From positions 54,466 to 118,465 of the IMG/VR virus record IMGVR_UViG_3300014050_000004: 64,000 nucleotides of DNA. One strand, 5' to 3'. This DNA is from a virus. This document shows positions 35,834 through 45,104 of the stretch, piece after piece. Numbering within the stretch: the first letter of the stretch is position 1; each line of letters begins with the position of its first letter. Made by a program: the position numbers and the translations under genes. The notes beneath the pieces were generated by a model that searched no databases, was not told the DNA's origin, and worked only from the letters and a program-made list of their open reading frames with translations.

Positions 35834-36634
35834 CTATTCTGAGTAACTAAACAATTTCAGATCAAAAGCTCGGACCCCACTACTGTCAAACACATTTTCC
35901 TTGTGTCTCTTGTACAATTCAAAGGCATCGTAAACGTTAGAAAACTGAATGGGTCTCTCTGCTGGTTCCTCTGCCCACAGAGAAATCTCTTTCAGATCCA
36001 AGGACGGCTCAATGTCCCAAGCCTCGTGCCTGCTCCCATATAGCAGGGGCAGAGCATCATTCCTCCACCAATCAGACATTGACTGAATGCACGCCGCCCA
36101 AGTCTCAGGGTCTGTAATGTGTGTGTTGAACTCTGAACGGATGGAAGAGATGTACTGTTTGCCCCTCTTCACTACGACCAATGCCGATGCTGGAACCTCC
36201 TTGAGATACAATGACTCATCTTCAAAAACAAGTTTCTCGTATACCAGAGGAAACAAGATGGCGTGGCACATGAGCTTCACGTCATCCGAAGAAACACACA
36301 TGTGTCTTAGAATTGACTCAAAGATCGCGATTGTTGAGGCGATCATCAATTCACTCTCGTTCAGGTCTGGTTGAATCTCAGTTTTTTGCCCTTCTAGCAG
36401 CTTGTTTAACGTAATGACCTCCATCTCCAATTTGCGAGCTTGGCGATTCGCTTCCCTCTCTACTCTAGATTTGTAAATGTCGGACTGAACCAGAAGCTTG
36501 TCAAACTTGATTTCAATCTTTTCCAGTTCCGCATCCAATGCTTCTAGGCAAATCTTCAAGTTGGATACTTTCTTCTTGAGGGATCCAACAGATGTTCTCA
36601 GAGTCTCTGTTGCATATACAAGATTGTCTGTCAT
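35834..36634 (-). CDS. Hypothetical protein with N-terminal coiled coil
   Basis: 266-aa ORF on the coding strand. Confidence 0.7.
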   Translation of the reverse strand: MTDNLVYATETLRTSVGSLKKKVSNLKICLEALDAELEKIEIKFDKLLVQSDIYKSRVEREANRQARKLEMEVITLNKLLEGQKTEIQPDLNESELMIASTIAIFESILRHMCVSSDDVKLMCHAILFPLVYEKLVFEDESLYLKEVPASALVVVKRGKQYISSIRSEFNTHITDPETWAACIQSMSDWWRNDALPLLYGSRHEAWDIEPSLDLKEISLWAEEPAERPIQFSNVYDAFELYKRHKENVFDSSGVRAFDLKLFSYSE

Positions 36635-36642
36635 GTTGATTG

Positions 36643-37218
36643 TTACATTTGTTTGATCGACGCTTTCATCTCGTCGAGGTCTTGATCAATGATCTTTATG
36701 TTAAAGGAGTAAGTCTTCTCCGGGTCTGACTTGAGGTGGAAAGTTCCTTCAAAAAAGTCTCCGTTGTCTGAGCTCAAAAAGTTGTTGCTTGGGGTGGGGG
36801 GAGAGCACAGGGCTATGTCACCTTCAAATTCGGGGTAGGACTCTTCTATCACAGAAACAAGCTTTCTGTAAACTGCTGAAGCAGCTGCCAACTCTCCCTC
36901 ATTGTTAATCTGAGCTAGAAGTCCATTGTCTGTTGCCCGAAGTTCGCAAGCAACCCCATTATCAAGATATATGACAATTAAGGCTCCTTCGTCATGGCTC
37001 TCAAATCTTGCCTCCTGGGCTTCAAACTCACAATCGTCAGGCTCTGTGCCCTCGAAGTTGAATTCTATAAGGTCGTAAAAAGAAGATCTTATGGTTTCGG
37101 CGTCGGGTCCCCCCAAGTAATTGGCTATAGCATTGAACAGTTTAGGTTGAGCAAGCAACCTTTCTACAGGATACGCAATAATCATAGTTCTCTCCTTGAT
37201 GACAGTATAGCCCCCCAA
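36643..37218 (-). CDS. Hypothetical acidic protein
   Basis: 191-aa ORF; true start may be MIIAYP. GGGTAAA at 37263-37269. Confidence 0.65.
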   Translation of the reverse strand: MGGYTVIKERTMIIAYPVERLLAQPKLFNAIANYLGGPDAETIRSSFYDLIEFNFEGTEPDDCEFEAQEARFESHDEGALIVIYLDNGVACELRATDNGLLAQINNEGELAAASAVYRKLVSVIEESYPEFEGDIALCSPPTPSNNFLSSDNGDFFEGTFHLKSDPEKTYSFNIKIIDQDLDEMKASIKQM

Positions 37219-37323
37219 AACAATGGTAAGCTTTGCCTTACTATGAAGGTCCTGCTTTACGTTTTACCCCCCCGGCGATTCAAAGGGGTGCTCCCACAGT
37301 TTTGTGCGAGAGCCACCTGCATC

Positions 37324-39336
37324 TCACGATAGGTCCTCGACCATGGCAACCTTGATACCTTTGCTACCTGGCCTGCCTTGCTTTGCAGTCAAGTCCAGTT
37401 TCAAAGGCTTTTTGCGTTTGGAAGCCCAATTTACAGTGTAAGAACCTTCTCCGAAGTAAACAATCTTCGAACCTTCTGGGAGAGCAAGCTTACCTTTGCT
37501 CGTTGTTTTCACAAGGTCTGACCCGCACAGTACCATGGCTCTTAGCTCTTCGTTGTTTTCAAACACAACAAGGTACTTCAGCTCTAGAATCTCAGAGTCT
37601 TTCTTTGCCAATAGAATCGGGCAGTAGTTTGTTGACACAGGACCTTTGTAATTTGGGGCCACCTTTTTCAGGAACCCTGCTTCGTTTAAGAGCACCAGTT
37701 TGTCCTTGGATTCCAGGACCAGAGCTCCCCGAGGCCCTTTGGCTTGTTCCACAAGCCCTTTCTTCACATCCACCTTCAGGAACCTAGGCTTAGGGGCCGC
37801 TGCCACCCTCCTGGTTGGGGAGCCGGGTGTATAGGTCCCTCCGTGCGAAGGGGGCTCCACGAGGGGGCTCCTACGAGCCTCTCCGTGCCTCTTTCCGAGC
37901 TCGGTCAGCTCCTGGGTCATGTACGAGCTACGGCAGGTGGTGCCTTCTGCCTCGTCGCTTGCCAATTTCTCAAGCTCTTTGATTCTCGTTTGAAGTTCAT
38001 TGTCCTCCAGGATCAAATCCTTTTCGTCGAGGTTGGTCAACTGCCGGAGTCTCATGTCAAGGATTGACTCCGCCTGGTCATCCGTGAACATGAACGGCTT
38101 TGACATAAGGGAGCTCTTAGCTTGAGCTTTATCCTTGGACTCCCGAATTTTCCCAATCACTAAGTCCATCATTCCGATGGCCTTCAGTAAACCTTGGACG
38201 ATCGAAAGACGAGCTTCCTTGGTGCTGAGTTCTTTCACAAACTTGGCTTGAAGCCGGTTCAGCCTCCAATGAACCCATTTCTGTACAATCTCTACAGGGG
38301 AAAGCTCAACTGGCTTATTGCCATCAATGACTAATGTTTTAGCTGAGAACTTGAGTTCGAGATCGGTGAAGGAGTAGAGCTGGTTTTTGAGGGTGTCAGC
38401 ATTGATCCCTGCTTTCGCTACCACTTGAACACGGTCGCCAGATAGATCGGAGAGATCATTAACCTCGGCTACTCCTTCAATCCTGCCTTTTTCAAGTTCA
38501 GCCTTGATTTGCTCTCCGATTTTCTCCGGGTTTGTTCCCGGTGGCAGGTTTGTAAAAGTCAAGCACGGCCTTTCTTTTCCTTTGCCATGCCGAACCACAG
38601 AGGTTTCCAACTTTGCCATGCACCGAATGCTTCCGGAGCCTGTTTCTTTGTACTGCTTGAGTTGATCATCCTCAATGATCTGGGTGCCAGTGGGGAAGTC
38701 AGGAATGAGGATATCTCGTGCTTTGCTTAGGTTGTCTTTGTAAGCTTTCTCCGAAGCAGTGTGTTTACAAAGGAGCTTGGTAGCTTCGACGATAGACCTG
38801 AGATTGTGAGGGGCAATCTTACAGGCATAACCAACTCCAATTCCCTCCTGGCCGTTGAGAAGAACCAAGGGGAACTTGACATTCAACTCCATAGGTTCTT
38901 GCAGGGAACCATCGTAGTTTGGAACTGTCTCCCAAGTGTCTGAATCGTCAAGCACACCCTCCCAAAGTAAGGGAGAGGACTTGACTTCCGTATACCTGGC
39001 AGCAGCACATTGAGAAGTTGAGTCTCCGAAGTTCCCGTGGCCGTTAATCAATGGGTAGTTGTTGTTCCAAGGTGCTGCCAGAGTGACAATGGCACCGTAA
39101 GCTGAACCGTGAGGGCTGTACTTACCCAGCACTTCTCCGTCAAGCCTGGCACTTTTCATGAAGCGTCCGTCAGGCTTCAAGTTCAGCATCTTAATTGCTG
39201 TGAAGATTCTCCTTGCAATTGGCTTGCATCCATCCGTGTACCGAGGAATAGCCCTGCCAACTATGACACTCAAGGAGTAGGCTAGGTAGTCTTCCTTTAC
39301 AAGGGATGTAAGGTTGGTTGGGATGTAGTTACTCAT
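37324..39336 (-). CDS. Type IIA topoisomerase subunit A (GyrA/ParC-like)
   Basis: DGCKPIARR, KSARLDGEVLGKYSPHG, GHGNFG, catalytic AAARYTEVK, LLNGQEGIGVG, ILDMRLRQLTNL; short C-terminal domain. Confidence 0.93.
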   Translation of the reverse strand: MSNYIPTNLTSLVKEDYLAYSLSVIVGRAIPRYTDGCKPIARRIFTAIKMLNLKPDGRFMKSARLDGEVLGKYSPHGSAYGAIVTLAAPWNNNYPLINGHGNFGDSTSQCAAARYTEVKSSPLLWEGVLDDSDTWETVPNYDGSLQEPMELNVKFPLVLLNGQEGIGVGYACKIAPHNLRSIVEATKLLCKHTASEKAYKDNLSKARDILIPDFPTGTQIIEDDQLKQYKETGSGSIRCMAKLETSVVRHGKGKERPCLTFTNLPPGTNPEKIGEQIKAELEKGRIEGVAEVNDLSDLSGDRVQVVAKAGINADTLKNQLYSFTDLELKFSAKTLVIDGNKPVELSPVEIVQKWVHWRLNRLQAKFVKELSTKEARLSIVQGLLKAIGMMDLVIGKIRESKDKAQAKSSLMSKPFMFTDDQAESILDMRLRQLTNLDEKDLILEDNELQTRIKELEKLASDEAEGTTCRSSYMTQELTELGKRHGEARRSPLVEPPSHGGTYTPGSPTRRVAAAPKPRFLKVDVKKGLVEQAKGPRGALVLESKDKLVLLNEAGFLKKVAPNYKGPVSTNYCPILLAKKDSEILELKYLVVFENNEELRAMVLCGSDLVKTTSKGKLALPEGSKIVYFGEGSYTVNWASKRKKPLKLDLTAKQGRPGSKGIKVAMVEDLS

Positions 39337-39629
39337 TTTTGGGAGTTGGCCTTGATACGGTTCAACAAAGCTTGCTTTTTGTGAGGGTAGGGTGTAAACC
39401 CTATGTTAACAATGTCTTCAGCTACTTCTCTGGTAACTTGAAGGTCAAGAGAGCCTTCTTTTTCAGTCAGATACTCTTTCTTTTGGTCCAGGTCAAGAAG
39501 GCTAAACAGGCGATCTTCATCTACCCAAAACCCGTAGTCGTAGTCTTTACAAACAAAAACTCTGACTCTGTTTCGGAAAAATCTCACAGGGTCAGAGCTT
39601 CTATTTTCGGTGATTAAAATGTTGATCAT
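39333..39629 (-). CDS. Hypothetical protein
   Basis: ATGA-type overlaps on both sides. Confidence 0.65.
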   Translation of the reverse strand: MINILITENRSSDPVRFFRNRVRVFVCKDYDYGFWVDEDRLFSLLDLDQKKEYLTEKEGSLDLQVTREVAEDIVNIGFTPYPHKKQALLNRIKANSQK

Positions 39630-39931
39630 TTCGATTGTTTCTGGTTAATACGAGAGCAATCCTCCTCATAGAGGCTTTGCAAGTTTAGCCACAACTGTTT
39701 GCCTGTTCCGAAGATGTCCCCAAGCCTTTCAGCAAGAAGCTCATCTATGTCGGCTTCTCCGGCTTCAATCTCGTAGAGTTCTCCCACAGTTAGACCTGTT
39801 TCTCCGGCTAAATCATGAGGGGAAATGTTCTTTTCCTGCCTCATTTCCTCAAGCACACTGCCTGGGTGCAAAGCCCAATCAGAGTCCCAGTTTGAGCTAA
39901 ATCCAGTCATCATCAGTATGAAACCTTTCAC
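39626..39931 (-). CDS. HigA-like XRE helix-turn-helix protein
   Basis: LHPGSVLEE...DLAGETGLTVGELYEIEAGEADID...LGDIFGTGKQLWLNLQSLYE. Confidence 0.85.
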   Translation of the reverse strand: MKGFILMMTGFSSNWDSDWALHPGSVLEEMRQEKNISPHDLAGETGLTVGELYEIEAGEADIDELLAERLGDIFGTGKQLWLNLQSLYEEDCSRINQKQSK

Positions 39932-39936
39932 ACCTT

Positions 39937-39979
39937 ATTATAGGTCGTTTGGAGGGTCCGGTAAAGTTCGGTTAACCGA
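39937..39979 (-). promoter_or_regulatory. Palindrome-linked sigma70-type promoter
   Basis: TCGGTTAACCGA-A-CTTTAC-N18-TATAAT. Confidence 0.8.
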
Positions 39980-40538
39980 TCTGACAAGTCCCCAAAACGT
40001 ATCCAAGTATTTCTGAAGCTCGAGATTCCGGGGGTCCGTCAATTTCGAAATTGAGCCCGTTGTCAAACTCTTTCAGATGGCTTTGAACCAGGTTATCAAT
40101 CTCTTTCGCCTCTTTCTCAGATTCCCACCTTCCGCGAGTGTCGAACGGTCCTACGCGCTTCAAGAAAAAGTTCAGATGAGTGACATTCTCTTTCTCGGCC
40201 TCCCTTAGGAAAGCTTTGGCAGCCTCTCCAACATACTTGTCTTCCCCTTTCGATCTGTACTCCTGGTAGACTCCTGCAAGCAGAATGGGACTGTCTGTGA
40301 CAATGTAGTCAACCTTGCCGTACAAGGTGCTTTCGTAGGAACTTTGCTTCCCAAGCAAGTACAACTGGTCGCTCTGTTTAACCTTACGATCGCTCCAAGC
40401 CCAATGTTTCACATATTCCCTAACAAGTTCAACATGAAGACCGAGAAGCTTCATCTGACCAAAAAGTAAAGCGGCAGTAGTAGATTTACCACACCCTGGC
40501 CCGCCAAACAGATTTATAACGATCGTATTGTTTCTCAT
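39972..40538 (-). CDS. NadR/Ttd14-like P-loop kinase (AAA_28)
   Basis: INLFGGPGCGKSTTA...ELVREYVK...IVTDSPILL. Confidence 0.8.
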   Translation of the reverse strand: MRNNTIVINLFGGPGCGKSTTAALLFGQMKLLGLHVELVREYVKHWAWSDRKVKQSDQLYLLGKQSSYESTLYGKVDYIVTDSPILLAGVYQEYRSKGEDKYVGEAAKAFLREAEKENVTHLNFFLKRVGPFDTRGRWESEKEAKEIDNLVQSHLKEFDNGLNFEIDGPPESRASEILGYVLGTCQIG

Positions 40539-40864
40539 ACGTACCTTTTGTAGAGAATTCGGTTGACTTTTGAGATCACCCTGTTGTTAAATCTGCCCCA
40601 AGGAGTTAGCTGTCTGTGTAGCACTCGCATAGCTGATCGAGGCGTCTCGCACTTGATACAACGTCCGTTATGTTCAGTGGGGAAGTACACTTGATACATT
40701 GAAGTGACAGCTTGCCTGTTCGGCTCCGGCTCAAACTTGTTTACTACTACAACACCTATCTGCTGTCGATTGCGAACATCGTAGCAAACAGCTCTGAAAG
40801 TGGAAAGGTCATTTCTAACCACTTTTATCAAAAGTTTCCCTTGGGGATCTTCATTGTGAATCAT
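40535..40864 (-). CDS. Hypothetical protein
   Basis: Operonic overlaps. Confidence 0.6.
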   Translation of the reverse strand: MIHNEDPQGKLLIKVVRNDLSTFRAVCYDVRNRQQIGVVVVNKFEPEPNRQAVTSMYQVYFPTEHNGRCIKCETPRSAMRVLHRQLTPWGRFNNRVISKVNRILYKRYV

Positions 40865-40983
40865 AGATGCCTGTAATGTTTGAGGGAGGAATAGACGAAA
40901 TTGAAGACAATGACCATAAACACTCTCCTTAACGCTAGCAGTGCCAGTATGATTAGCAGTGTTTTCGTAGCTAGATTCTCCAT
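40861..40983 (-). CDS. 40-aa membrane peptide
   Basis: MENLATKTLLIILALLALRRVFMVIVFNFVY...; start moved from the track. Confidence 0.45.
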   Translation of the reverse strand: MENLATKTLLIILALLALRRVFMVIVFNFVYSSLKHYRHL

Positions 40984-41014
40984 TTTCGGGTTTGCGTGGT
41001 ATGGGAAAGGCAGG

Positions 41015-41638
41015 TTAGATGTCAAGGTCAAGGTGTGAAAGTTCACCCAACCCCATGAAGTCAACCCCTTTATGCACTATGTGGTAATCGATGTGCCAGT
41101 GGCCATGTATCCAAAGATCTGGCTTATGAATCTCCAGCATGTTGTCGAAGCATTTGCGGGTTGCACAAGGAATGTCTAGCATTCCAGGGTACACCCTGGA
41201 AATTACTGATTCTGGGCACTCGTGACTGATTACGACTCTGGGTTTGGCCAATTCGTAAACCTCGATGATTTTGCAAAGCTGAGAGTAGCTCAGTTCCTCA
41301 TCGTGCCACCAATCGTAGCCTTCAGTGCGCAGGTGTTTGTCTATGGAGAGTGCCCCGCCGACACAGAAAATGTCATCACGCCCAAGTGCCGATTCCCCGT
41401 CAGCAACATAATAAGGATGCCCCTTGCATTCTTCAAGATTGTCATGGTTGCCCCTTATAAAAAAGTGCTCCCCTTGAGCCATGGCATCAGTGGGGGGACC
41501 TTCGAGCTTTTCTCCAGTGCGATAGTTTCGAAAACCAACTCCGAAATCTCCAACCTGAAGGGAGCGGTCGCACTCTTTAATTAGGGCTTTGTAGCGAGAC
41601 CATTTGCCATGTACATCGCCGATGAATCTGATTTCCAT
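41015..41638 (-). CDS. Calcineurin-like metallophosphoesterase
   Basis: GDVHG, VGDFG, RGNHD, SHECP, HGHWH. Confidence 0.9.
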   Translation of the reverse strand: MEIRFIGDVHGKWSRYKALIKECDRSLQVGDFGVGFRNYRTGEKLEGPPTDAMAQGEHFFIRGNHDNLEECKGHPYYVADGESALGRDDIFCVGGALSIDKHLRTEGYDWWHDEELSYSQLCKIIEVYELAKPRVVISHECPESVISRVYPGMLDIPCATRKCFDNMLEIHKPDLWIHGHWHIDYHIVHKGVDFMGLGELSHLDLDI

Positions 41639-41644
41639 GGTTTA

Positions 41645-41687
41645 ATTATACTTCATTTCACCTTTCAAGTAAAGCTCGGATTACCGA
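41645..41687 (-). promoter_or_regulatory. Palindrome-linked sigma70-type promoter, leaderless
   Basis: TCGGTAATCCGA-G-CTTTAC-N18-TATAAT-N6-ATG. Confidence 0.8.
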
Positions 41688-41688
41688 A

Positions 41689-42138
41689 TCAGGAATTAAA
41701 CGGCTTTGGTACATTGACTCTCCTTGAATAGTGGCTGAATCTTTCCATCACAGGGGGACTCTCACCATTGGTAGAAGGAAGCTCCGGTGTCTCAAAACTC
41801 TGGTTTACCTCTGGTTCTTCAACAATTCTGAGTGGAGCGTCTTGCCAAAGGATGTGTTCGTACAGCTCTTCTCCCTCTGGTGACAAGGATGTTATGACAC
41901 TGTTTACAAGTTCAATGAATTCTCGGTTCGAAGATCTCCTTCCCTTGTTGTACAATTGTTTGTGAAACATTGCCGTAATCTCGTTGGCAATTTCCGTGGA
42001 CTTTTTGCTCAGTATCTTCTTTTCTCTCAGGAGTTTGTACACTGAGTGCCAAAGGGAATTAGCCTTCTTCTTTTCCTCTGAGAGTTCATCCTGGAGCTTT
42101 TTGATTTGTGCTTCAAGAGCGGTTATATTGTCAATCAT
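41689..42138 (-). CDS. Hypothetical protein
   Basis: N-terminal coiled coil; overlaps the kinase stop. Confidence 0.6.
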   Translation of the reverse strand: MIDNITALEAQIKKLQDELSEEKKKANSLWHSVYKLLREKKILSKKSTEIANEITAMFHKQLYNKGRRSSNREFIELVNSVITSLSPEGEELYEHILWQDAPLRIVEEPEVNQSFETPELPSTNGESPPVMERFSHYSRRVNVPKPFNS

Positions 42139-42619
42139 TGATTAACAAGGTGTGGTCGTACTTTTTGCAGAGGTTACTGATTCGCGTGCTCATGCCCTTC
42201 CTCCAGGATTCATTCTGTTCTTCACCCCTCTTAGCATGTCTCTTGTTCAGTTCCTCCTCCCCAACAGATACGCATACGAGCTCCATGTCCGCATTTTCAA
42301 ACATGGCATCTAGATTAGGTTGATTGCTGAATCGTTCCCCCTCCCCCAGAATAGTCCAACCCTCAAGATCTTCCTTGTTGGCTGACAGCCATTCTCTAAA
42401 CTTGGGGCCAACCCCTTTGGACATGCGGTCTGTACCGTCGAAAGTGCTTCCGTCATACCTTCCCAAGACAATCACCTTCTGCTGAGGGAATCTATGGTAG
42501 ATAACAAGACCCTCTTTGACTTCTTCATCTTGTTCCTTCTTTCTTAGGTCCTCAATGAAACTCTTCATTAAGGTGGTTTTTCCAGTCCCCGGTTGGCCGA
42601 TGTAGTAGCGTATCTTCAT
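42131..42619 (-). CDS. P-loop kinase, 5-hydroxymethyl-pyrimidine DNA kinase-like
   Basis: GQPGTGKTT...VLGRYDGSTFDGTDRMS...LGEGERF; resembles the P-loop kinases of base-hypermodification loci. Confidence 0.7.
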   Translation of the reverse strand: MKIRYYIGQPGTGKTTLMKSFIEDLRKKEQDEEVKEGLVIYHRFPQQKVIVLGRYDGSTFDGTDRMSKGVGPKFREWLSANKEDLEGWTILGEGERFSNQPNLDAMFENADMELVCVSVGEEELNKRHAKRGEEQNESWRKGMSTRISNLCKKYDHTLLIND

Positions 42620-42640
42620 TTTGGTTTGAGGTTTGATTGT

Positions 42641-42669
42641 ATTATAGAGTGAGAGAACTATGATGTAAA
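42641..42669 (-). promoter_or_regulatory. sigma70-type promoter
   Basis: TTTACA-N17-TATAAT upstream of the kinase; no palindrome. Confidence 0.65.
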
Positions 42670-42678
42670 CTTATCTCT

Positions 42679-43725
42679 TCAACTTCCTATGACCTCTTGG
42701 GCCAAGAGCAGTAAAGAATTACAAGAGTTCTTCCATGTCCAACTTTCACTCTTGACCAAAGCTCTTTTCACCTTGGCTTTTGTTTCTTCCTTGTTCTCCA
42801 CACACTTTAGGATTTCCTTTGAAAGGTCTTTGTAAGAGCTGGAATCTGCTATGTAACCACAATCTCCAACTATCTCTGGAAGGGAAGCGCACGGAGCTAC
42901 AACTACTGGAACTCCGAGAGACATGGCTTCAATAACAGGCAATCCCATGCCTTCATACTTGCTTGGGCAGACGTACATCTCAGACTGTGTGATCAATTCA
43001 CACAGCTCTTGATCTGACAAAGAATCATAGAACATAACTCTCTCTTCAAGTTTCATCCCTCTGATTGCTTCCAGCTCTTTAACAGAAGGGGGTTTGAACG
43101 AAGATACCCTAAGGTCCAAGTCATGGTCTTTCAAGGTCTTCAAAAGAGCAGTGAAGTTTTTACTCTTTTCATACCGGTTACCCCAATACACCATGTAGGG
43201 CTTAGGAGGACTCTTCGTGGTAAACTTAGTAAGTTTGCCGCCGGAGAATTTGCTGCCGGAGTACAGACATTTTGTGTTCGCTCCCGGAATTATCTCCAAC
43301 ACTTGTTTTTGTATGAAAGGAGTTGTACAAGCAAAGGTATTTGTTAACTTCGAGAGACCTCTTAGGGTCAGGCTGATGGAAAGGCTGTATTCTTCCCTTC
43401 CGGGGATGTCCACGTCATGTACCACAGGTAGCACTTTTTCACAGACAGGAAACATTGTAAAGTGGTTCCCGATTTGAATGTCAAACGGACCTAGATCTTC
43501 GTAAACTTTCTTAAAGTTGGAGGTTTCAATCTTACCGTTGAAACGAGTGTACCCACCCTCGGGTGGGTTCCATTTATGAAACTTTGGCCTCCTTAACAGT
43601 AGATCGTCCACAACCACGCACACTTCATGGTTTTCCCTTCTTAGGTGGGATATCATTTGTCTATCCCATTCATTGATTCCGCATCCACCAAATCCCACAT
43701 TTCCGGAATCCCACAAAATTCTCAT
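42679..43725 (-). CDS. GT-B (family 4-like) glycosyltransferase
   Basis: PSKYEGMGLPVIEAMSLGVPVV...SLPEIVGDCG; KSKNFTALL. Confidence 0.9.
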   Translation of the reverse strand: MRILWDSGNVGFGGCGINEWDRQMISHLRRENHEVCVVVDDLLLRRPKFHKWNPPEGGYTRFNGKIETSNFKKVYEDLGPFDIQIGNHFTMFPVCEKVLPVVHDVDIPGREEYSLSISLTLRGLSKLTNTFACTTPFIQKQVLEIIPGANTKCLYSGSKFSGGKLTKFTTKSPPKPYMVYWGNRYEKSKNFTALLKTLKDHDLDLRVSSFKPPSVKELEAIRGMKLEERVMFYDSLSDQELCELITQSEMYVCPSKYEGMGLPVIEAMSLGVPVVVAPCASLPEIVGDCGYIADSSSYKDLSKEILKCVENKEETKAKVKRALVKSESWTWKNSCNSLLLLAQEVIGS

Positions 43726-44015
43726 AGTACAATCTCCTCAACTTTTCTCTTGAGAATCCTCTCCCAGTACGACTTAGTCTTAGGCATAACTTCTATTGTA
43801 GGTATACTATGAACCCATTCAGAATATTTTATCAACTCTTTGGACAAATGAGTTACAATGACCACAGTGTTTAATAATAGTAAGTGTTCAGTCTCAAATG
43901 GGTAGTCCCAAATGAGTTGATATTCTGGCAATACCAAAGAAATCGTCTGTGCTTGGGCTATCTCTTTGAGGAAGATGCTATTTGTCCCCGATCTGAAGAC
44001 GGTGCAGTGTTTCAT
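43722..44015 (-). CDS. Hypothetical protein in the modification cluster
   Basis: ATGA overlaps on both sides. Confidence 0.6.
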   Translation of the reverse strand: MKHCTVFRSGTNSIFLKEIAQAQTISLVLPEYQLIWDYPFETEHLLLLNTVVIVTHLSKELIKYSEWVHSIPTIEVMPKTKSYWERILKRKVEEIVL

Positions 44016-45028
44016 AATTCTTCAGAAAAGTGGTGGAATGACCCCGTCTCAAGAAAGTGGCTCATCTTTTGATTGTCTATTTTCGCTCCTCGAGGGGCCC
44101 AGATGTCCCCCACAACCTCTTTTCTCATTTGGTGCAACACCTCCCAGTCAATCCCATGCCACCCTGAACTCTCTGCTTTCGCAATTTGCTCTGACATTCT
44201 GTCCAAGTAAAAACCGCAGTATCTGCCCTTCTTCACTCGAAAAAGTTTTTTGTATGAGCACCCCACGGTTTCTAGAGAAAAAGCGTCAAACTGACTGGAA
44301 TGTCCGGACCATCGACCTTTCGCCTCCTTGATAAGATCCTGAGAAAAACCTTCTAACCAATCGTACTCATCTGCGGTTAATCTCTGGTTAACCCAGTCAT
44401 CTTTTCCGGCGGCGAAGCACAAACCGTTTCTATGAGATTTGGACCCAGAGTAGTCGCTGAGCATCAGGGTTCTGGGCTCTATGGGAACACCGCAAGTGTG
44501 CTTATAAGTCTGAAGCACAAACCAGGCCGAGTACCTTCCCATCTTCCACCAGTCATCTATAATAACACGCCACAATCGGTCAAAGTTCTCTTCGGGAGAG
44601 TCTTGGCACAAGTCCGAAAATCTCTCGTGTTGAGTCCTCTCCCCAACAAAGTCATGGTAGCTTGAGTACATAGAGGCTATGTGTCCTTTGCTCCATTTTG
44701 TGTCTGTATCGTAGTAGATACGTGAGTAGTTGTCATTATTCCACTGCTCAAATCTCTCCACGGAAGCCAGCTCTTGGTCCGGGAATTCGTTCTTCATAAT
44801 GAACGCCGTGGGCAAATTATAAGTGTGGTAGAGCCATGCAAAAAAGTAACGTTCTTCAATGTTGTATTCGTACCTTTCATTGAGATAGTTAATGCCCCAG
44901 AGAGGACAATCAACATCCCCGATCTCTGTACAGGCTGCCCACCATTGCAAGAAACCTTCTCTTCTGTTTCGCGGCAGTCTGAAATCCAGGGAGGGAGCAT
45001 TCGTTTTTGCAGACAGTTTAGTCATCAT
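44012..45028 (-). CDS. Amino acid:DNA transferase-like protein (aGPT-Pplase2/ADDT)
   Basis: FAWLYHTYNLPTA...FPD...YDTDTKWSKGH...MGRYSAWFVLQTYKHTCGVPIEPRTLMLSDYSGSKSHRNGLCFA...ETVGCSYKKLFR...RYCGFYLDRMSEQI. Confidence 0.75.
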   Translation of the reverse strand: MMTKLSAKTNAPSLDFRLPRNRREGFLQWWAACTEIGDVDCPLWGINYLNERYEYNIEERYFFAWLYHTYNLPTAFIMKNEFPDQELASVERFEQWNNDNYSRIYYDTDTKWSKGHIASMYSSYHDFVGERTQHERFSDLCQDSPEENFDRLWRVIIDDWWKMGRYSAWFVLQTYKHTCGVPIEPRTLMLSDYSGSKSHRNGLCFAAGKDDWVNQRLTADEYDWLEGFSQDLIKEAKGRWSGHSSQFDAFSLETVGCSYKKLFRVKKGRYCGFYLDRMSEQIAKAESSGWHGIDWEVLHQMRKEVVGDIWAPRGAKIDNQKMSHFLETGSFHHFSEEL

Positions 45029-45067
45029 GTGAACTTCTCACAGCTTTTGAACAAGGTTACAGGATTC

Positions 45068-45074
45068 GGGTAAA
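45068..45074 (+). promoter_or_regulatory. GGGTAWR putative late-promoter element (PTP gene)
   Basis: GGGTAAA, 30 nt upstream of GTG 45105. Confidence 0.4.
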
Positions 45075-45104
45075 GGTATGGATACAGGTCAAGAAGAAGC
45101 TCTT

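Noticed and set aside
32925-39336. Inteins or introns in the polymerase, topoisomerase or terminase
   Set aside because: No C/S...HN-C/S/T splice motifs or LAGLIDADG blocks were noticed, and conserved motifs are normally spaced
39961-39979. Palindrome motif as an NtcA box
   Set aside because: NtcA needs GTA-N8-TAC; the copies give at best GTA-N10-TAC, and the conserved symmetry is TCGG-N4-CCGA
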